Below, piece by piece: positions 1-10,679 of a stretch of DNA of 64,000 nt (position 1 is its first letter; each line of letters starts with the position of its first letter). The position numbers and the translations under genes are program-made. Source of the DNA: Dicyema japonicum (Eukaryota > Animalia > Dicyemida); assembly GCA_011109175.1 (NCBI GenBank), contig RDEW01000043.1, positions 248,001 to 312,000 of the forward strand, written 5' to 3'. Under the pieces are notes generated by a model. The model saw only the letters and a list, made by a program, of their open reading frames with translations, had not been told where the DNA came from and ran no database searches.

Positions 1-1559
1 AATAATCAGTTAATTTATCCCAGTTATCCTTTTACTTCTTACATTTTTCATAAAATTAAGTCGAAAATCGTAAAATTCTTTGAGCATTTCAGGAGATATG
101 TAAAAAATTTTCTTCTCTAGCTGATCAAGAGAATCTTGCGTTTCTCTTTAGAATTGTTTCCATGTTATTGTTTTCTAAACCTTCGTTGTAAATATTATCA
201 ACGAATTCGTCACTTTCCCCATTCAATGTTTCGTTTACGGCATTGTTGATCATTTCTTCTGTAATGGTATCTTCAATTTTTACGGAATCACGAATCTTTT
301 CAATTTGATTCCAACAATTAAATATTAAACTTGGATCAAGTTTTTCCCAGCTTTTAGAAATTAGCAGAATTACATGACGAAGGTTTATTTTGTTTATCAA
401 CCGTTTGAATTCATCATCATCCTCCTCAAAACACAAATACTGAATCAGATAATTTGAGTAATAATCTTTAAAGGTCTTGATAATTCCCATATCCAATGGT
501 TGCAAATACGGTGTTGTATTTTTTGGCAAAAATAAAAACTCAATATTTGAGCATTCAATAGTTTTATGACATCCCGCATTATCAAGCAATATTAATACTT
601 TTCTGTTGATTGTATAAAATCTTTCATTTATCCGAGTCAACCAGCTCATAAAAATATTTCCAGTCATCCATGCATTTTTAGAGGATGAATATGAAATTCC
701 AAAATCTTTCACATTGAAATTTTTGAGACATCGAGGGTTTTTAAATTTTCCAACAATCAATGGCTCAAGTTTTTCCCCCATGGAATTGCAACAAAGAAGT
801 ACAGTGACTCTTTCTTTTCCCTGTTTAAAGCCAAAAGTATCGTCATTTATTCCGACAAACGACTTTCGTGGAGTCCTTTTTATATAAAGAGCAGTTTCAT
901 CACAATTAAAAACATTTTGTCTTCCATATTGAATAATTTTCTCATCAAGAATTTTAAAAAACTCATTGATGTAAGTCAAGTCACATGAATTTTTTTCTCC
1001 ACAAATTGATTTAAATTTCAGTTCATGTCGCTTTTTAAATCTGTCAAGCCAGCCGTTTGAAGCTTTGAAAGTATCAAATCCAATTTTTGAAGCCGTATAT
1101 AAGGCAATTTTCTTTATGAAAGGACCTGATATTGGAACCTTATCTTCGCGTAGTTTCTGAAATATTTCAAAAACTTGATCATCGAATTTAGATTTCTCAC
1201 AATAAGGCATAGGATCCTCATCCGTGTTTACAGTTCCTTGTTCAAGAAAAGGTACAATTGTTTTTTTTATTCGCGAAATCATGCCTTTACTAGTTTTGTA
1301 TTTTTTAATTATCTGTCTTTCAGATAATTTGTTCTTCAATATCAATTTAATATATAATTAATTTTTTTATTAATAAAATATAATTTATTTTATTATAATT
1401 ATTCCCACAATTTTATAGTGCCCCAAAATTTCCATATTTTTTATCGATTTTCCATTTTACTCTGCCAAAATGTTGGCCAAAAAAATGCCCAAAATGCGGG
1501 GGTGCCCCAAAATCCGAGGGTGCCCCCCTTGGGGTCTGCCTCAATTCGGGGTCGGACTG
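1..1559 (-). mobile_element. pogo/Tigger (IS630-Tc1-mariner) DNA transposon; 3' end runs off the window
   Basis: The minus-strand end reads TA|CAGTCCGACCCCGAATTGAGG (1559 downward), a CAG-starting TIR next to TA at 1560-1561. Subterminal TGCCC(C)AAAAT repeats lie at about 1419, 1487 and 1503. It contains the transposase ORF 125-1345. Confidence 0.85.
125..1345 (-). CDS. Tigger/pogo-family transposase (partial HTH_psq, CENP-B HTH, DDE_1)
   Basis: Uninterrupted 406-aa ORF with motifs FKASNGWLDRFKKRH, FNCDETAL, LLDNAGCH and LQPLDMGII; 29 residues separate the second and third Asp. The ORF starts at TTG, so the true start is uncertain. Confidence 0.9.
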   Translation of the reverse strand: MILKNKLSERQIIKKYKTSKGMISRIKKTIVPFLEQGTVNTDEDPMPYCEKSKFDDQVFEIFQKLREDKVPISGPFIKKIALYTASKIGFDTFKASNGWLDRFKKRHELKFKSICGEKNSCDLTYINEFFKILDEKIIQYGRQNVFNCDETALYIKRTPRKSFVGINDDTFGFKQGKERVTVLLCCNSMGEKLEPLIVGKFKNPRCLKNFNVKDFGISYSSSKNAWMTGNIFMSWLTRINERFYTINRKVLILLDNAGCHKTIECSNIEFLFLPKNTTPYLQPLDMGIIKTFKDYYSNYLIQYLCFEEDDDEFKRLINKINLRHVILLISKSWEKLDPSLIFNCWNQIEKIRDSVKIEDTITEEMINNAVNETLNGESDEFVDNIYNEGLENNNMETILKRNARFS

Positions 1560-1569
1560 TATCGTCGCT

Positions 1570-2500
1570 GTAATAATCCCGGAGATCTAGTAGATAAGAT
1601 TCAAGGTACACAGCGAACAATAGCGGAGAGAGGGACTCTCCTTGAGGTGTGTCTACAGTTATCTCAATTTCTTTCTAAATACATTTTTAATACGCATTCG
1701 AACACTTTGTTTGACAGGAGTATCCGTATTGGAGTGACCTAGTCCAGGAAACTTTTCAGCACTTAAATGAGTTTTCTTACACGAACAGTTCGAAAGCACT
1801 GGTGAGATCATTTAAAGGAATAGTCCTTGAACCTTGGAATCTTTGCTGAATAGCAAAATGTCACCTATGGCAACATACTACATCAGCTGTTGATCTCCCA
1901 GTCCTGAACTGACTATGGCTTTGAGCTAAGTACCCACCACTAGCCCGTGGCCGATTAAGTACGGTCAGGACAAAGAACTTCCTCAGGGTATTTAGAAGGA
2001 TGAATGGACGCAATTTTACAACAGGCCAAGCGGGTTTGCTTTTGGACTGACATTAATACTCCTTTTCCAAGCTCTTAAAAGTCCTTGTTAGCTATCATAT
2101 AATTCAACGATCTTGAGAGTTTTTCTTCAAGTTTTGCTGGGCCAAATTTTAACAATTCTGAAGAAATGTTATCTGGTCACAGACGGCGACCAAATTTGAG
2201 CTTCCTTATCGAGACATCCACTGGTAAATTTGGTATCTTCAGGCGTAAAGTCCAATTTCCCTCCTTTCACAGAGAACAGTTGTTCAAAGTGTTATATCTG
2301 TTCGGCAGCATTTCCTATTATTTTCCATTTCTGTCATGAAAAAGAGGGTTCTTTTTCCGCAATAGTCGTATAACCAGAAATGTTGCACCGTTGTTTTTCG
2401 ACCTCTTAAATCTTGTTTTCCGACTGGTTAGTAGATGTTGCTTTTTTAAGAGTTTAATTTTCTGCTCATTTTTTAACAGAGGAAAGTAAAAAGTATTAAT
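1570..2500 (-). mobile_element. Degenerate RTE-like non-LTR retrotransposon fragment
   Basis: Broken minus-strand frames resemble the RT pre-domain (e.g. ITSELLKFG-like); many stops. Confidence 0.35.
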
Positions 2501-2779
2501 TGCCATCTCACCAAGAGTCCTGCAATAGATTGGACTCTCCTCTGTGCTCTCAGACTCTTTTTATCGTTTATTCTATGCTGCAACATAAGAGTCAATGATG
2601 GCATCTCTTTTTAGGACAGCGCTTCTCGATTCGTGTTGAGTTTTCACCCAAAAATATTAAAACCAACCTCGCACCCCCAAGTTTTAAATCTAAGAGAATT
2701 CGAATTTTATTCAAAAAAATAGTCAGGTTCCTTGAGACTTTTCCTGTCTTTTAGTTTTAATTAATTTTTCGAAGCGTGG

Positions 2780-5370
2780 TTTTTTGTTTGCTAACGCAAT
2801 TCTGAGATCGTTTTCAGGGATTAAAGCGTTTCGGTACTTATTTTATATATATAGTAGAGATGAAAATTCAGATTCACATAGCCAAGTTGTTGCAAATAGA
2901 GCCAGAACTTCCAGTGATTTCTTTGCAAGAATCGGAAAACCAAATTGCAAAACCTCCAAAGAATTTGAGTCGCACAACATTTTCAATGATGTAGATGATT
3001 GCATTTCAATCAATATTTCCGATTGAGAAATACCAATCAATGAAAGTTTTAAACATTCAAGATGATTGCTGATTTCTTTTTAAATATTTTTATCTAAAAA
3101 TCTAGCTGAATTCAATAGCAATTTCATCCTGCGTTGAAAAAATTCAAAAATTATTGTCTTGAATACGTCGAGTCCACAATAACAGTTTATTCCTGAAGGC
3201 ACGTAAATTATCAGAAGCATTTATAATGCTCATCCTTTTCCCTTGAATTGATAGATTCAACTGGTTAAGATGATTTAATATGTCAGCCATATATGCCACA
3301 CAAGACTCACAAAATTTGGAGATTTGAAACAATCAAATAGTTCAGAGTTTTTTCAATAAAAATTGTTCGATTTCACGTCTGAGAATAAAAAACTTGTTAA
3401 ACACGGCCTCTTGACATCCACCTAACATCAGTATGATACAAGAGAACAGTGGCGTCATAATGCTTTGAACAATCAATGATTCAAAGCCTTCTCTCGAATA
3501 AAATTTACGATTTTGACACACGAATTCAAGACATCTTTTAACTTCATAGGCAGAGACTTAGATACGAGTGCATGTCGATAAAGGAATACAGTGAGTGACT
3601 GTTACATCTGGAACATGTTTTCTTAAAAGGGCTGCAAACTCCGACCTGTTCCCCAGCATAATTGGAATCCGTGCAAATTGACTCGATAATTTCCAATGAA
3701 CTATCGTGTTCGTAAAAGAAAGTCTCGATTATTTGAAAAACATTTTTTGCAGAGGCTTTTGTTTCGAGAGGTTTACAAAAAAGAAACTCTTCGGCAATTA
3801 AATTTTTTTGTACATAACGCTGATACAATTAATTCGATCCCGGATACAACTATTAGATAGAGGTGCAGTTTTCGAGAATCGTTTAGACCAGGGTTCTCAG
3901 CCTTTTTTTACTCGTCGACTCTTGACTTTTTTTCGACCACCCTAATATTTAATCGACCCCTTAAAACTTTTTTTTATTTAGAACAGACAATTCTAAGTAA
4001 AATTAGTTAATTATCTAAAATGAATTCATTGTTAATAATCAAAATAAAACAAAAAAAAGTATATACTCGATGTTAAGTTGGTTAATAATCAAATAAACTA
4101 TAATAAAAAAAAGAATTAAATACCAATGGGATCCCTGTGACTGAAGTTTTTTGACCAAAGATTCGATATCTGGCTCTCTTTGTGTTATTTTTAAACGAAT
4201 ATCACCTCTACTGGAACACTTCAATCTGTTTTCGTTCTTTATTTACAATTCGATGTAGAATGGTAAATCCGCATTCAACACAGTATTATGTCGAAAATAG
4301 AGTAGCAATTGTGCTATTTCTGTCCACAATTTTGGATAACTCTTTTTCACTTTCATATTTTGCCAAAAATAACAGGTGATTGTGAATCATTATAATATAG
4401 ATTTAATTCTGGATTGAATTTTAACATAATTAATTTTTCCTGAATAATTTCTTTTTTTGAAATTTCGTCGGGATTTAACTCATCAGATCTGATAGAATCA
4501 CTGATATAGATGGTTTGATGAGATTTTCACCATAAACATGAAGAACTCTTAATTTTTGGAAATAATCATTGCAATTTTATAGGATGCAATTAGTCCTTTT
4601 AAATATAATTTAAAATAACAACAATTATTGTTTCTTTTATTACTATTTGTAAAAACAGTGTCAATCGTTTTTTGTTTACGAAAAGAATCCTTTAATTCTT
4701 CAAAATACTCTAATGGTTTATCTTTTTTATCCGATTGTTTTCTCCTAAGATGATCCAAATTTGGACGGTTTCATTGCATCATTTGATAATGACTTTATTA
4801 CGCAGTAAGCAATATGGTCTATTATCAAAAGAATTTTTTATAAATTTAAATATTTAATTTTATATTGACGAATTTTTATTGTAGAAGACAACTCATACAC
4901 GAAACAAAAACAATCATGGAAATTTTAAAAATTTTAAAGAACAAAGGTTTACCACTTTAAAAATAACTAACTTAATTTAAAATAAAAAATTAAATATGTT
5001 AAATTTATTTTTCGATTCCTAAGTATTTCATTTTTGACCCCTTACGATCTGGATTAATTTTAGACCCCTGGGGTCGAATCGACCCCAGGTTGAGAACCGC
5101 TGGTTTTAGACCCAGAACTGTTTTCACAATTTCCAATGCACACGGCTTAATAAGAGTCTCCGAATAGTATGTGTCTTCTTTGATTTCGCAACTTCATATG
5201 CAATTTTGAATGACGCCAAAAGTAAGGGTTTGTCAATGGGGGTAAACCCAAGCTTCGGAAGAGTTCCTTGGATGTCGTATCGTGCCCTTTTAGCCTTCAA
5301 ACATTCAAAATCATTTCCTGAACGTTTTGCACCTCCGTGGAATGATTTAAAATGATTGACCCTTTGCACC
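2780..5370 (-). mobile_element. Degenerate hAT (Buster/Charlie/ZBED8-like) transposase remnant, interrupted by a second hAT
   Basis: Fragments LLASFKIAYEVAKSKKTHTI (5124-5369), EEFLFCKPL...SICTD (3544-3828), LNLSIQG (3144-3332) and FATTWLCESEFSSL (2843-3040) occur in the expected order. Confidence 0.8.
3889..5102 (-). mobile_element. Internally deleted hAT (Buster-type) element with TIRs and approximately 8-bp TSD
   Basis: Left TIR CAGGGTTCTCAGCCT at 3889; right TIR reverse-complements to CAGCGGTTCTCAACCT, ending at 5102. Flanks are GTTTAGAC (3881-3888) and GTTTTAGAC (5103-5111). Internal remnants: HLRRKQSDKKDKPLEYF and EPDIESLVKKLQSQGSH. Confidence 0.85.
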
Positions 5371-5389
5371 GAACAAGAATTATTTTTTC

Positions 5390-5900
5390 AAGTGGTGCAA
5401 TATTTTCTTCAATAGATCTTGCGCGTCTCTCATAACTAAGCGGTAATTTAGATTTTAAATCAAGTCCACATGCCAATTTAATAGCATATCTCCTCAATCT
5501 ATCGAGAAGCTCTACTAGGATACTTCTCTAATTATTTTCAAACCATTCTTCGAAGCCATAAATCAAAAATGGTTCTATACAAGCTGTGTAAACATAGAGA
5601 AAAGTTTCCGGAAATGAAATCGTAGAAGCGATTTGTTTCCATCGACGTTTGACGGAGCTGCTCACGAAACTTATAAAAGCCCATGTTTTTGCTGGGATTT
5701 CTTGCATTCCTGTCATGGATTTTCTCAATTCGTGAAAAGTCGGTTTCTTTCAATGGTAGAACGGAAGATAAAAACTTTGTCTGATTACTAAGAGAAATCT
5801 TTCTGATGCTCAATTCTGTGTGCTGGGTGACCTGGTATTTCACGCTTTTCGTGGAACTGACGGCCGAACATGAACAAGTAGCCACTAATTGGAAGAATCT
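5390..5900 (-). mobile_element. LINE RT C-terminal/3' fragment (same family as 51950-52250)
   Basis: ETFLYVYTACIEPFLIYGFEEWF and RRYAIKLACGLDLKSKLP closely match the copy at 51964-52230. Confidence 0.7.
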
Positions 5901-6619
5901 TCGATTTTCAGTTAGAGTGAATTTTAGGCATTTTTTATTACTTTAAGGACAACTCTCTAAGCTTTCTAGATTTTTTCAAGATTAGTTGAAGAGATACAGC
6001 TTCTCTAAATATGAACAGCATAGTTACTTGTTGAGCTAATGCCTCTGAAGTGAATCATTTCTAAGAGTTTTCCAGAGACCGAAGTATTGATTGAAGGTGG
6101 TAATATAGTCGTCCCATTCTTAAGTCTTGTGTTTGTGGACGAGATCGTTGATTTACTTTTTTATCACAGACAGAGATTTGATTCTTAAAATGCGAACATT
6201 GACCTGATTTTTTCAGCGTTTTTTGAACAGATCAGTGATCTAATAAATGAAATGAAGACCACAATTTACAACGAATCCGCTAGGAATATACTTAATGTCA
6301 TCTGTGATGAGAAAATGGGTAAAGATTATACAGTGACGTCGAGAGTGTGGAAGAGACCATAAGAAAAGTTTATAAAAATCCACTGTAATTGCTCTGTGGA
6401 GAGTCTGAAAAGTGGGTTTTGCAAACTGAATTACACAACAGCCTTATTTTTGGTTCTGTGCTGACCGTCTCAGGAATACTCGGTTCTCCTATGCAACCAG
6501 GTCGTTAAGAAGATCTTGACATGATTCCTTACATCGCCGTTAATTTCGTGCACGTTGAATGGTCATTTTTCAACCCCAAAAAGGGAACAGCAAGAAAGGA
6601 GTTAGGCTAACTAATTAAG

Positions 6620-6815
6620 AGATCCCTTTCCATTGAAGTACCTCAAGGTTCTTCCCTTTCACTGCATTATTCTACTTATGTATTCATGCTGCAACCTACA
6701 AATGAAAATTGCATTATACTTTCCTGTGCGGATGATATTATCATCACTGGTCTGACACCGGGATCACTTAATTTAGACGATAACTTTTTCTTCTTCCTGT
6801 GTTCCCGGTTATAAT
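6620..6815 (+). mobile_element. LINE remnant (RT core piece plus 3' hairpin)
   Basis: VPQGSSLS-like and ADDIII-like codons, followed by the CCGGGATCAC...GTGTTCCCGG stem and a TTATAATAA tail. Confidence 0.55.
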
Positions 6816-7099
6816 AATACCACGCAAAACATCATGGGAGTCATGTTTGACCAGGGACCGGTTGCTAACAAGAAAGTCAGATCCAAGAGCAGCGCTCCCA
6901 GAGATCTGTCAGGCTGCGCAGACCTCGGAGGCGGACCCGGACAAGAGGTGGCCGTATTCTGGCCATCAAGAAGGCATGTTGGGCAAAGTAGAAAGGACGA
7001 TTGTCAGATTTTTAGAAACCAAATCGTGGATCGTTTTCAGACGTGACTGAGAGGAGTCAGTCTCTGGGATGGTATGATGAATGCGAACTTTTTTTACTG

Positions 7100-7480
7100 A
7101 GGGTCTCCTTTTAGTTAGTTAAGTAACCCCAGCCTCACTAACTTGTAGGAGACTAGCCACTATTATGTAGGACGCAACAGATGTTTGTCGCTCTCATTGA
7201 TCGGTCAGTCCCGGTATTGTAGAGGAACATTGTGCCAATTCATGACATTCAAATAGGTGATTTGTTGTCAACACGTGGAGGTTGCAAAAGGGACAGAATC
7301 ATCGTATGTTGGTAGGTGTGGATGGTGGCCACATCGTAGACGAGCCAGGTTCACTCGTACGTCCCTCGGAAAATAGGATTCTTATTGGTCTATTAAAGGA
7401 AGGGGTCGCTGTATTATTTTACTGTCTTCGAGTCTTCGGATGCTTCTCGTAGAAACAAAATCGTGTATCTGTTTCTCCTT
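7100..7480 (-). mobile_element. 5'-truncated LINE 3' end; paralogue of the element at 10680-15450
   Basis: Visibly near-identical to 10680-10985 joined to 12503-12555. Confidence 0.8.
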
Positions 7481-7620
7481 TTGTTTGTGGAAACCCGAAG
7501 GCAGTGAGTGGATGACTTGGCGAAGAAATCCAATTTATTGTAATACTCTGAAATGCAATTAAATTAATTTAATTTTAATAATTTATTTCGTTATAAAAAT
7601 ATAAATATGAAGTCGAGACG

Positions 7621-8199
7621 ATGTTAAGGTTTAAATTATTAGTTTTAGAGCAGTTTTCTTCCTCAAGGAGGAACTTAATTAATGTGCTATTCGGATTTTG
7701 TATTTTTGAAAGACTCTGGAATTACGTGGGGAGTTTAAAATTGGTATAATTGAGTTCATATTTTAGCTTACCGGTGGTGCAATGATGCCAACATTTTACG
7801 GAGGAGATATTTTGGTTGTGAGATCAATATCTACTTATTTTTCATACCCCAATCCGTAAACTTATGTGACTAAAAGATTTAGTGGGGACATTGTGATCTT
7901 GAGATCTCCGGTGGACACCGAATCAACCCTGTGCAGACGAATTATTGCTTCAGAAGGAGAAATATTATGCAAAAATGGTATCACATTGGTGGTTGGTGGA
8001 TTATTTATTTTGGGTTCCACGTGGTCACATATGGGTCGAAAGTGATAACAATGACCAAACCCATGATTATAATGAACTTGGAGCTGTTCCAGTCGCTTTA
8101 ATACTCGGAAAAGTGGTTTATTGGTTTGACTTTGGCATTCATCGTAGTCTGAGAACTCACTCTGTGATTACTTCTCTAAAGTGGGCTCAAGAAGATTAA
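7621..8199 (+). CDS. IMMP1L: Mitochondrial inner membrane peptidase subunit 1-like (S26 family), catalytic residues substituted
   Basis: Spliced protein: ...NLINVLFGFCIFERLWNYVGSLKL|LTGGAMMPTFYGGDILVV...NP|GDIVILRSPVDTESTLCRRIIASEG...|VPRGHIWVESDNNDQTHDYNELGAVPVALILGKVVYWF...*. Introns at 7744-7766 (23 nt), 7856-7882 (27 nt) and 7989/7992-8013 (ends GG). The 5' end is uncertain: ATG 7621 needs a 20-22 nt intron plus a 1-nt indel. Confidence 0.85.
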
Positions 8200-8329
8200 T
8201 TTGGAGAAGTCATCATGTTTAATTGAGGCTATTTAACAGATTTTATTAAAATACTGTTTAATTTTGTTCTCAATAAATTTTTATTGATTTTTCACATTCA
8301 GGATGTTATGAATTTCCAATATTTTTAGG

Positions 8330-9300
8330 TGTATTCTACACTACTACAAGAAAAGCACTCCACAGATGTTCTCTTCAAATATGGGCTTGGAAGAGTGGAA
8401 TGATGTCATGATAGGAGATTCACATCACTTGCTCATTATGGAGGGTTGAGAAAATAACTACATGTGTCGTTAATTTCCTTAACAAGAGAGGTCCGCTTTA
8501 TACAGAAACAATGTGATCGTTTATTCGACGAACTGCCAGGAAGAAAATGGAGGATGAAAGCTAAAAACGATAAAAATCAATCTTTCTGGAAGTTATACAA
8601 AAACCTTATACTTTAAAAAATCCTGATTGAGGACAGACCATGCGACAAAAAGTTCTGACCATTTTCCGATACTTTCTTGTCGACTATCTGGAATTATATT
8701 TCTATGGTTTGAGCACGGACCTAGTTGCTGATGAAGAGAGGAGGTCAAATTCTTACTATTTACCTTATGAAGTGAGATACACCCTGCTGTGAAAAAATGA
8801 AAAAATAAGGCTATTGGACTTGATCATTTGAGAATGAAATTGTCTAAAGATACTATAATCTTTTTTGAGGCTCTCCGGAGACTCTTCGACGCCAGTCTAA
8901 GACTCGGATATATCGCACAGGACTAAAAACTATCAATGGTTCCTATCAAAAACCTAAGGACCCTTCTAGTTCACTTGAAAAATTCTAATATGTTCACTTG
9001 CAAAGATTATGGAAAGAATAAGTCACTTTTGAGACTGAATCAGTTTGACTTTCGGTCTTAATGGTACTGCGGTCGCTGCCTATTCTATCTCAATTCTGAA
9101 ATAGCTTTTAAATGTCACTTCAATGTCATTTTCCTGGATATCTTCAAGACTTTTGACAATTTATGAAATGATACCCCCATTGAACAACCTCAACGAGCCA
9201 GTAAACTGAATTATTTGTATGATCCTATCAAAGTTTCCCTATGTGGAATAAATTCGTTTTTGAGCCATGGACTATATATCTTTGGATCTACGATTATTTA
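8330..9300 (+). mobile_element. Highly degenerate LINE (APE-linker-RT) fragments
   Basis: Broken frames resemble GxDxI...WKxA.V.P..KP and QFDFR...T RT motifs. Confidence 0.35.
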
Positions 9301-9492
9301 CAATTAACTGTTTTTTACTTAAATAAAGTGTGTGTCCTGCCTATGCGGAGCTAATTCCACGGCTCCGTGAAAAAGGCTGTTATTATTATTAAAAAGAAAG
9401 CCATCCAGGCAATGCTATGCTTCCAGAACTCCAAATTCATGGAAAAACTGTCTTCTTAATATTTCGGGGGATCATTCTACCCTCACTTGTAT

Positions 9493-9534
9493 ATAAATAG
9501 GGAGGATATTTTGATAAATAGGGAGGATATTTTG
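9493..9534. repeat. Perfect 21-bp tandem duplication ATAAATAGGGAGGATATTTTG x2
   Basis: Read directly; lies at the 5' junction of a truncated CRE-like fragment. Confidence 0.9.
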
Positions 9535-9790
9535 CTACGCGACCGATTCGCATTTTATCCGATTGTGGTCATGACAACTGGAGGAATAAGTGGAAAATCG
9601 CTTCGTTTCCTAAAGAAACTTGGACGCTTAGCTACACTAAAAAGCCACGACGCACGTAAGACCCTGTGGCTTCTCTAGTTGATCTCTGTTGCAATCGTGA
9701 GAGGCAACGCAACGTCGATAATGTCGAAGGGTCCACTTTGGATGGATGGCCATGTTAATTAATTATCTTAATTATTTCCATTAATAAAAT
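9535..9790 (+). mobile_element. CRE-like (restriction-like endonuclease) retroelement 3' end
   Basis: FYPIVVMTTGGISGKSLRFLKKLG...WLL*LISVAIVRGNATSI, then an AT-rich tail. Confidence 0.75.
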
Positions 9791-10200
9791 ATTTAAATCT
9801 CTTCTATCAAGAACCTGACCACGTGGTCCCTTAATTTACCAGCGATGAATTTACCTAGAATCAATTTATTGTGTTAATAAACATTGATTTAATCATTGAG
9901 ACGTTTTCACAACTGCAAGGGCTGGTGCTTTCATCTACGCTTGTTTTTGATGGACTTTTGTGATATTGAATGGTCTCTGCTTCTAGAACCGTGGAAATTT
10001 TTGTTATATTTAATTAGTTGTTGGCTATTAACTTTTCTTGATGTATCCAGAGTTAATAAATTATTATTATCCCTGAAAAAAACCAGAAAGAAGGAGAATT
10101 GAATCGAGGGATTAGGGTCAAAATGGCGAGCGAGATTCGCTCAAATAGCTACCAGCGCTCACGGAGATCTCTAGTTTGTATGGAAATCCGATTCTCTAGA

Positions 10201-10600
10201 CAAGGGGGTCGGCAACCTTTTATGCAAAAAAGCCAATTTTTTTATTTTTTGGCAATTAAAAAAATGAAGAGCAACTTTTTTAACTTAAGACAAGATTCTA
10301 AATTTGAATCAGTAATTTGACTCCTTAATTTTGATTTGATCAAATTCATAAGGTGTATTTTTAATTTGGATAAAAATCACTGTTATATTAGAAAAATATT
10401 GGAATAGTTGTGACAATTTTAGAAAACATGATTTGATGTATTCACCATATGTGAATGGTTTCCCTATTTTTGCAATCTCATGACTGACGATGAAGCTTTC
10501 AATATTAGTAGTCCTGGCAGACTGCTTACAATTATATTGAACTTTCAATTTTAATATTTTTTGGAGTTCTTCCACAGCTAGTTTTGTGCATCGCCAATTG
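10201..10600 (-). mobile_element. hAT (SPIN/GTF2IRD2-like) remnant with one TIR
   Basis: TIR-like CAAGGGGGTCGGCAACC at 10201; fragment ESFIVSHEIAKIGKPFTYGEYIKSCF. Confidence 0.7.
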
Positions 10601-10679
10601 GATATTTTTTTTAAAAATCACCATGAATTAAATTGTCTCCAAGAATTGACTTTTTGTTCTGGTTGAATGTTTCGTGGTT

